A DNA stretch of 64,000 nt, from positions 1,776 through 65,775 of the forward strand of contig JAQULM010000002.1 in NCBI GenBank assembly GCA_028718605.1. Direction: 5' to 3'. The translations under genes and the position numbers were made by a program. Source of the DNA: Patescibacteria group bacterium. GTDB lineage: Bacteria; Patescibacteriota; Patescibacteriia; UBA10025; JAHIVO01. The notes below the pieces were generated by a model, which did no database searches, was not told the DNA's origin, and was given only the letters and a program-made list of their open reading frames with translations. Below, in pieces: positions 58,475 to 64,000 of this stretch (positions within the stretch are counted from its first letter, which is position 1; each line of letters opens with the position of its first letter).

Positions 58475-58816
58475 TTAGAGGATTCCTTCTAATTTCTTCC
58501 CCCCGAGCAGATGGATATGAATATGCCCAACTGCCTGGCCGCTATCTGGCCCAGTGTTCAAAACGATCTTGTAACCACTGCCGGCGATACCATGTTCTTG
58601 CGCAAGCTGCTTCGCCGCATAGAGCATGTTCCCGAGCAGGGATTGGTCAGCCGCTGAGGCATCGTTCAGGGATACGATATGCTTCTTGGGAATCAACAAG
58701 AGATGAATGGGCGCCTTGGGAGCGATATCGGGAATAACGATAAAATCATCAGTCTCTCGGATAAACCGTGCTGGCAGCTTTTTCTCAATTACTTTGCAGA
58801 AAATGCAGTCCGACAT
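58475..58816 (-). CDS. HIT-family (histidine triad) hydrolase
   Basis: HIHIHLLGG histidine triad; start at MSDCIFC (58816). Confidence 0.75.
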   Translation of the reverse strand: MSDCIFCKVIEKKLPARFIRETDDFIVIPDIAPKAPIHLLLIPKKHIVSLNDASAADQSLLGNMLYAAKQLAQEHGIAGSGYKIVLNTGPDSGQAVGHIHIHLLGGKKLEGIL

Positions 58817-58817
58817 A

Positions 58818-60227
58818 CTACGGGTGAGCTTGATCGGCGGATGGCGTCGGTATCTTGCCGTCACGCTTTTCCACCACACCATATTTTTCGAGTCGCTTCC
58901 GAACCTCAGCAGTTATCTTCTGAAAATCGACGGTCTCCTGAATGCCACTCTCCATATCACGGATGAGAATCGTGCCATCCATCATCTCTTTCTGGCCGAT
59001 GATGAGCGCATACTTTGTCCCGAGTTTATTGGCAAGCTCCATCTGCGGCTTCAAACCGTCTTTTGCAAAACTCTCAGCAACCTTGAAACCAGCCTGGCGC
59101 AGATCTTCGAAAAGCTTCAAGGCCTTTTTCCGCGCGAGCGCTCCGAGCTGTGCGATAAAAAGCTCAGGCCGATATCCGGCGCCGATCGAAATCGCACGGT
59201 CCTTCAGCTCGATAATGCATCGCTCAATGCCTCCCGCATATCCAATCGCAGGCGTCGGTTGGCCCCCGAGTGTCTCAACGAGCGTATCATAGCGGCCTCC
59301 GCCGCCGAGCGCACTTTGTGCTGATTGTTTCACGCTACCATCAGTCCCCGGAGCGATGGCGGCGTTCGGCTCAGGCCAGATTTCGAAAACTGTCCCTGTA
59401 TAATAATCGAGGCCTCGGACAAGGCGTGAATTCAGGACATAAGGAATCTCAACCTCATCCAAATGTTCGAGGACCTGGACAAAATGTTTGTTCGATTCTT
59501 CATCGAGATGGTCGATGATCTGGGGTGCATCCTGGGCGAGCACCTGGCAGTCAGGAACTTTGCAATCCAAGAGGCGCATCGGGTTTTTCTGCAGCCGCTG
59601 CCGGCAATCCTCGCACAACGAGTTTTTCCGGGACTTGTAGTACTCAATCAGCGCTTTCCGGTAATCAGCCCGCGACTCGGGTGATCCGATACTGTTTACC
59701 TGCAGTGATACGGGTAATTTCGCACCAGCATAAAAATTATATGCAAGCATCATGAGCTGCGCGTCAATCACGGGATGGCGCTCCCCGATAACTTCAAACC
59801 CGAATTGGTAAAACTGGCGATACCTCCCTGCTTGCGGACGATCATATCGGAAAAATGGGCCGATGTAAAACAGCTTCACTGGCTGTGGACGGCTCAGCAT
59901 CCCATGTTCAATATATGCTCGAACAACGCTCGCGGTACCCTCTGGAGCCAGTGAAACTGATTCTCCGCCTTTATCTTGAAACGTGTACATTTCTTTCTCA
60001 ACAATGTCAGTGTCTTTCCCGACCGAACGCACGAACAGCCCTGTTTCCTCTATGAGAGGTGTCTTAATAAGCCCGAATCCATACGCCTGTGCAATCGTTG
60101 CGAGACGATCCTGAATAAAATCCCAATACTGCTGTTCTTCCGGAAGAACGTCTTTCATGCCCCGTAACAGCTGGATCTGTTTTTTAGGGCGCTCGGCTGT
60201 CTTTTTTGGTGCCTCTTCTTTTGGCAT
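58818..60227 (-). CDS. hisS: Histidine--tRNA ligase
   Basis: LRGMKDVLPEE, class II motifs, anticodon-binding C-domain. Confidence 0.9.
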   Translation of the reverse strand: MPKEEAPKKTAERPKKQIQLLRGMKDVLPEEQQYWDFIQDRLATIAQAYGFGLIKTPLIEETGLFVRSVGKDTDIVEKEMYTFQDKGGESVSLAPEGTASVVRAYIEHGMLSRPQPVKLFYIGPFFRYDRPQAGRYRQFYQFGFEVIGERHPVIDAQLMMLAYNFYAGAKLPVSLQVNSIGSPESRADYRKALIEYYKSRKNSLCEDCRQRLQKNPMRLLDCKVPDCQVLAQDAPQIIDHLDEESNKHFVQVLEHLDEVEIPYVLNSRLVRGLDYYTGTVFEIWPEPNAAIAPGTDGSVKQSAQSALGGGGRYDTLVETLGGQPTPAIGYAGGIERCIIELKDRAISIGAGYRPELFIAQLGALARKKALKLFEDLRQAGFKVAESFAKDGLKPQMELANKLGTKYALIIGQKEMMDGTILIRDMESGIQETVDFQKITAEVRKRLEKYGVVEKRDGKIPTPSADQAHP

Positions 60228-60236
60228 AGATAAAAT

Positions 60237-60884
60237 CTATTGATTATATGCAGGAACAGTAAAATGCTGGAACTCATCAAATGGCCATACCCGCAACCAT
60301 GCCCGACCGACAATATACTCCCGATTCAGGGGACCGAATATCCTTGAATCCAAGCTCACCGTCCGATTATCCCCGAGCACGTAATACTCCTCTTCCCCAA
60401 GCTGAATCGTAATTTCACCGGAGGTCTTTGTCCCCTCTGCCAAATAGCTCTCGCGTATCATGAATCCATCGATGTTCTGGTTGTTATATATGTATACGTT
60501 TCCTTCCCGCAACTCAATCGTCTCCCCAGGAAGGCCAATAATCCGTTTGATAAAAAATTCTGAGTGGCGGTCAGGATTCTTCACAACGACTACCTCGCCG
60601 CGCTTCGGTTCTGTAAAACGATAGGTAATCTCATCGATAATCAAATATTCACTGTCGTGGAATGACGGCTCCATTGATGCGCCCCGGACATAGAACGGTT
60701 GGAAAAGAAAATACCGTATGGGAATGATCACCGCGAGCGCGATGAGAACGATTTTTACGAGTTCGATGATGAAGGCGCGCGGAGACTGCGCAAACGAGGC
60801 GCTCGTATCTTCTACCTTGCCCTGGCGCTTCTCTTGTTTTATTTCCTTCTCCCGCTGCTCGCTTGATCCGAATGATAGTCGCAT
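60237..60884 (-). CDS. lepB: Signal peptidase I
   Basis: GASMEPSF (S26 catalytic Ser box), VLGDNR, N-terminal TM. Confidence 0.8.
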   Translation of the reverse strand: MRLSFGSSEQREKEIKQEKRQGKVEDTSASFAQSPRAFIIELVKIVLIALAVIIPIRYFLFQPFYVRGASMEPSFHDSEYLIIDEITYRFTEPKRGEVVVVKNPDRHSEFFIKRIIGLPGETIELREGNVYIYNNQNIDGFMIRESYLAEGTKTSGEITIQLGEEEYYVLGDNRTVSLDSRIFGPLNREYIVGRAWLRVWPFDEFQHFTVPAYNQ

Positions 60885-60927
60885 AATTGTGTCAAATCAT
60901 TATTCTGTACTTATATCTCATGCTGTA

Positions 60928-61004
60928 TGGTGGGTTCGAGAGGAGTTGAACCTCTGACCTCCACAATGTCAATGTGGCGCTCTAACCAACTGAGCTACGA
61001 ACCC
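60928..61004 (-). tRNA. tRNA-Val (anticodon GAC), CCA encoded
   Basis: rc: GGGTTCGTAGCTCAGTTGGTTAGAGCGCCACATTGACATTGTGGAGGTCAGAGGTTCAACTCCTCTCGAACCCACCA. Confidence 0.85.
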
Positions 61005-61077
61005 ATACGAGCATCAATTGTAAATGGATTCCGCGGGAGCAGTCCTGAGGGCCGACGATCCAGCTATACAATGGCCA

Positions 61078-61151
61078 TGGTCGCGGCTGGAGTCGAACCA
61101 GCGACCTCTGCAATGTGAATGCAGCGCTCTAACCAACTGAGCTACGCGACC
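61078..61151 (-). tRNA. tRNA-Val (anticodon CAC)
   Basis: rc: GGTCGCGTAGCTCAGTTGGTTAGAGCGCTGCATTCACATTGCAGAGGTCGCTGGTTCGACTCCAGCCGCGACCA; CCA not encoded. Confidence 0.8.
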
Positions 61152-61267
61152 GCGGTTGGTACGAACAATTTCGGCGAAAACACCTTAAAAAACAGCACAA
61201 GTAGGAACAGTATACCAAAAAAAACTGGCAAAGTAAAGCTTTGGGGATTGAACATTTTTCTGGAGGT

Positions 61268-62005
61268 TTATGTGTTCTGTTTGCGATCGTCCGCTTTCTT
61301 TTGATTTTGGAAACGCAATAACAGTACTTTCCAAAAACTTTCGACCATAATACCGACATTAAATTTCGATACTCCTGCCCGCCGTTCAATGAAAAATATC
61401 GGAATCTCGCGGATACGAAAACCTTGCCGGAGTGCCTTGTAGGTCAGTTCAATCTGAAAATTATATCCGCGTGATTCAAGGTGGCTAAAATCGAGCGTTT
61501 CGAGCACCTGCCGCCGAAAACATTTAAACCCGCCCGTCAGATCGTGGACTGGAACGCCTAAAATTACCCGTATGAAAGCGTTTGCGAATCGGCTGATGCA
61601 CCGCCGTACGAATCCCCAGTTCTCCACGCCCCCTCCCTGCATATATCGCGAACCGAGTACGACGTCCGCTCGCGATATTTCCTCGAGGAACTGTGGGAGA
61701 TATTTTGGCTGATGTGAAAAATCGGCATCCATCTCAAACACATAGGCACACGCGGGATCCTTAAGCACATGCTGAAATCCAGCGATATACGCCTTACCGA
61801 GTCCTTCTTTACATGACCGGTGAAGTACCGCAATCTCCTGATAGCGCTGCGCCAGAGTGTCAGCGAGTGCGCCGGTACCGTCAGGTGAATTGTCATCAAC
61901 GATGAGAATTGAGAGCCCTGGGATCTTCTGCTCGAGTATTGCTCGGGTAATTCCCGCAAGGTTTTCCCGCTCATTGAATGTTGGGAGGATGACGACTGAT
62001 TTCAT
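61268..62005 (-). CDS. GT2 glycosyltransferase, polyprenol-phosphate mannose/glucose synthase (Dpm1-like)
   Basis: VVILPTFNERENL...LIVDDNSPDGTG; start at MKSVVIL (62005). Confidence 0.7.
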   Translation of the reverse strand: MKSVVILPTFNERENLAGITRAILEQKIPGLSILIVDDNSPDGTGALADTLAQRYQEIAVLHRSCKEGLGKAYIAGFQHVLKDPACAYVFEMDADFSHQPKYLPQFLEEISRADVVLGSRYMQGGGVENWGFVRRCISRFANAFIRVILGVPVHDLTGGFKCFRRQVLETLDFSHLESRGYNFQIELTYKALRQGFRIREIPIFFIERRAGVSKFNVGIMVESFWKVLLLRFQNQKKADDRKQNT

Positions 62006-62150
62006 ATTATGAATAGTGGCATAGTGGCATTGTACCACGTTGGATTGCGGCATGTACAGCAATGCAACGCATCCTCCTGGCACAATCTGCTTTCCTATTG
62101 CTGTACTTTTGACGATGTGTCGTCTTCCTATTATAATATAGCTACATTCT

Positions 62151-63629
62151 ATGCCTGATTTATTAAAGGTTACCGAACCGGCCACCAAGGTGGACCCGAG
62201 CGTCTACCATACAACAAAAATCCCAAAGAGATCGTCGCTCTTATGGCGTTCGACCGTGCTTTTGCTCGTGATAGTAATCCTCATCGGCATCGGCTTTCTC
62301 GCAAAAGCAGTGCTCGCCATAAACAGTACCAATGATGCTTCGGGCAAAAAAATCGGTTTTTTTGAACAAATCAAGAATTTGGTGGTAAATCCTAGCGACC
62401 AGCTTGACGGTGAGAAAGACGACAGGATTAACATTCTACTCGCAGGGATCGGAGGCGCGGGGCATGATGGGGCGTATCTCGCCGATACTATTATCGTCGC
62501 AAGCATCAAACCGTCGACCAACGAGGTTGCCATGCTCTCAATCCCGCGCGATCTGTACGTAGAAATCCCAGGATACGGATCGCGAAAAATCAATAATGCT
62601 CTTGCGTTCGGTCAAATGAAAGATTCAAACGGCGGCGGGGAAGCACTGCTCGCACAAACTGTCGAATCGGTCATCGGAATCCCCATCCACTATTACGCAC
62701 GCCTTGACTTCGAAGGTTTTCGAAAAGCAATCGATGATCTCGGCGGCGTCGACATCACGGTTGACCAGAGTTTTTCCGATTCACAGTACCCTGACTATAA
62801 CCATGGATACCAGCCAATCTCATTTACCACAGGCGAGCAGCATATGTCAGGGGAGCGCGCCCTCCAATACGTCCGCTCACGGCATGGGACAAATGGCGAA
62901 GGATCCGACTTCGCACGTTCAAAGCGGCAGCAAAAGGTGTTGCTGGCGCTGAAGAATAAATTTTTTTCGCTCAATTCACTTGTGAACCCTGCGCGTATCG
63001 TTTCCGCGCTCGATGATCTCGGCGATCATAACCGCACAAACCTTCAAATATGGGAAATTGTAAAAATCGCAAAACTCGCCCAGAATATCACATCCGACAG
63101 TTTGATTACACAAGTGCTGGAAACAGGTCCGGAAGGAGTGCTCGTCTCCGACATGACAGAGGACGGGGCATACATACTTCGCCCGAAATCGGGTGACTTC
63201 TCAGAAATTAAATACCTCGTAAAAAATATTTTTTCTGAAAATTTGATACGGGAAGAAAACGCGAGCATCGAAGTGCAAAACGGAACGTCGGTCGCCGGAC
63301 TCGCCACGATAACAGCCGAATGGTTGCGCGGCATGAAGTACACGGTCGATAAAGTTGGCAACGCCGGAGTCGGCACGACGTATGAAAAAACAACCATTTA
63401 CGATCTTACCGGCGGGGCAAAACCGTATACGCTCGTCAGCCTCCGCAATCTGCTCAATGCTACCATTTCACCAACCCTCCCCCCCTTCATGACGCATGGC
63501 GATTTAAATTACGAAACCCTCACGGGATTGGACAATGCGACGAATGTTAATCCGAGTTCGGAAGATATCGATGTCGTCATTGTCGTCGGTACCGATCGTG
63601 CTGAAGACTCACAAAATGCTGCCAACTAG
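62151..63629 (+). CDS. LytR-CpsA-Psr (LCP) family cell-envelope phosphotransferase with LytR_C domain
   Basis: INILLAGIGGAGHDGAYLADTIIVASI...LSIPRDLYVEIPG LCP core; N-terminal TM. Confidence 0.75.
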   Translation: MPDLLKVTEPATKVDPSVYHTTKIPKRSSLLWRSTVLLLVIVILIGIGFLAKAVLAINSTNDASGKKIGFFEQIKNLVVNPSDQLDGEKDDRINILLAGIGGAGHDGAYLADTIIVASIKPSTNEVAMLSIPRDLYVEIPGYGSRKINNALAFGQMKDSNGGGEALLAQTVESVIGIPIHYYARLDFEGFRKAIDDLGGVDITVDQSFSDSQYPDYNHGYQPISFTTGEQHMSGERALQYVRSRHGTNGEGSDFARSKRQQKVLLALKNKFFSLNSLVNPARIVSALDDLGDHNRTNLQIWEIVKIAKLAQNITSDSLITQVLETGPEGVLVSDMTEDGAYILRPKSGDFSEIKYLVKNIFSENLIREENASIEVQNGTSVAGLATITAEWLRGMKYTVDKVGNAGVGTTYEKTTIYDLTGGAKPYTLVSLRNLLNATISPTLPPFMTHGDLNYETLTGLDNATNVNPSSEDIDVVIVVGTDRAEDSQNAAN

Positions 63630-63666
63630 GAACGGTTCAATTGCAGTACCTCAATAATGCCACGCA

Positions 63667-64000
63667 TATGAATACTCGATTGCCGAAAGTAGCCCTCGTC
63701 GGGCGAATTAATGCTGGAAAATCAACGCTCTTCAATACCCTCACCGAGAGAGGCAAGGCAATCGTTTCCCCGGAGCCGGGAACGACGCGGGATTTAAATT
63801 ACGCCACAATCAACTGGCGGGGAATCCCGTTTGAAGTTATCGATACGGGCGGGCTCGATGCGGCGACGCTTGGTGAAATCGAACAGTTTGTTGAACGAAA
63901 AGCCCTTGAAGCGATCGCAAAAGCGGATCTCGTCGTTTTCGTTATCGACGGCAGGACTGAAATTTCATCTGACGACCGGGTAATCGCCCGTTCACTGGTG
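63667..64000 (+). CDS. der: GTPase Der (EngA), N-terminal part; continues beyond window
   Basis: KVALVGRINAGKSTLFN (G1), EPGTTRD, DTGG; ORF runs off the window end. Confidence 0.8.

Noticed and set aside
1-64000. CRISPR arrays, rRNA genes, transposase/integrase genes
   Set aside because: No regularly spaced direct repeats, no rRNA-like conserved stretches, and no ORF with recombinase or DDE motifs were seen; the only recombination signature is the tRNA-Asp 3' duplication

Overview
The window reads as a compact bacterial chromosome segment with mostly minus-strand coding and frequent 1-8 nt start/stop overlaps. An uncultivated small-genome lineage (CPR/Patescibacteria-like) is inferred from gene content, not proven. 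Housekeeping genes recognised from motifs are ileS, argS, hisS, tgt, recO, smpB, glmS, prfB, glnA, nrdR-ftsZ-ftsA, dgkA, ybeY, rpsU-yqeY, a HIT hydrolase, lepB, pgpA, a pgsA-like gene, a DUF47-PiT pair and the infC-rpmI-rplT operon. RNA genes missing from the ORF track are a tmRNA (ssrA) directly downstream of smpB, a tRNA-Asp(GTC) followed by a 33-bp duplicate of its 3' half, and two tandem tRNA-Val genes. Recoding and start-site signals seen directly are the prfB programmed +1 frameshift (CTT TGA C) and a non-AUG infC start. A large share of the window encodes envelope or secreted proteins: a 2690-aa giant protein with an N-terminal VirB2/TrbC-like module, an NHL/FG-GAP beta-propeller protein, a protein with three Fn3-like repeats, a Cys-rich secreted protein and low-complexity or Asp-rich paralogues. 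The best candidate for an undescribed system is a tightly coupled minus-strand operon at 27030-30904: a small Cys-rich peptide ORF followed by three proteins with no recognisable domains, two of them polytopic membrane proteins and one with a dockerin-like calcium loop. It has its own TTGACA-N18-TAAGGT promoter-like element and an intrinsic terminator, and sits next to a ComEC locus split into two genes. No CRISPR array, rRNA or obvious transposase or integrase was seen.
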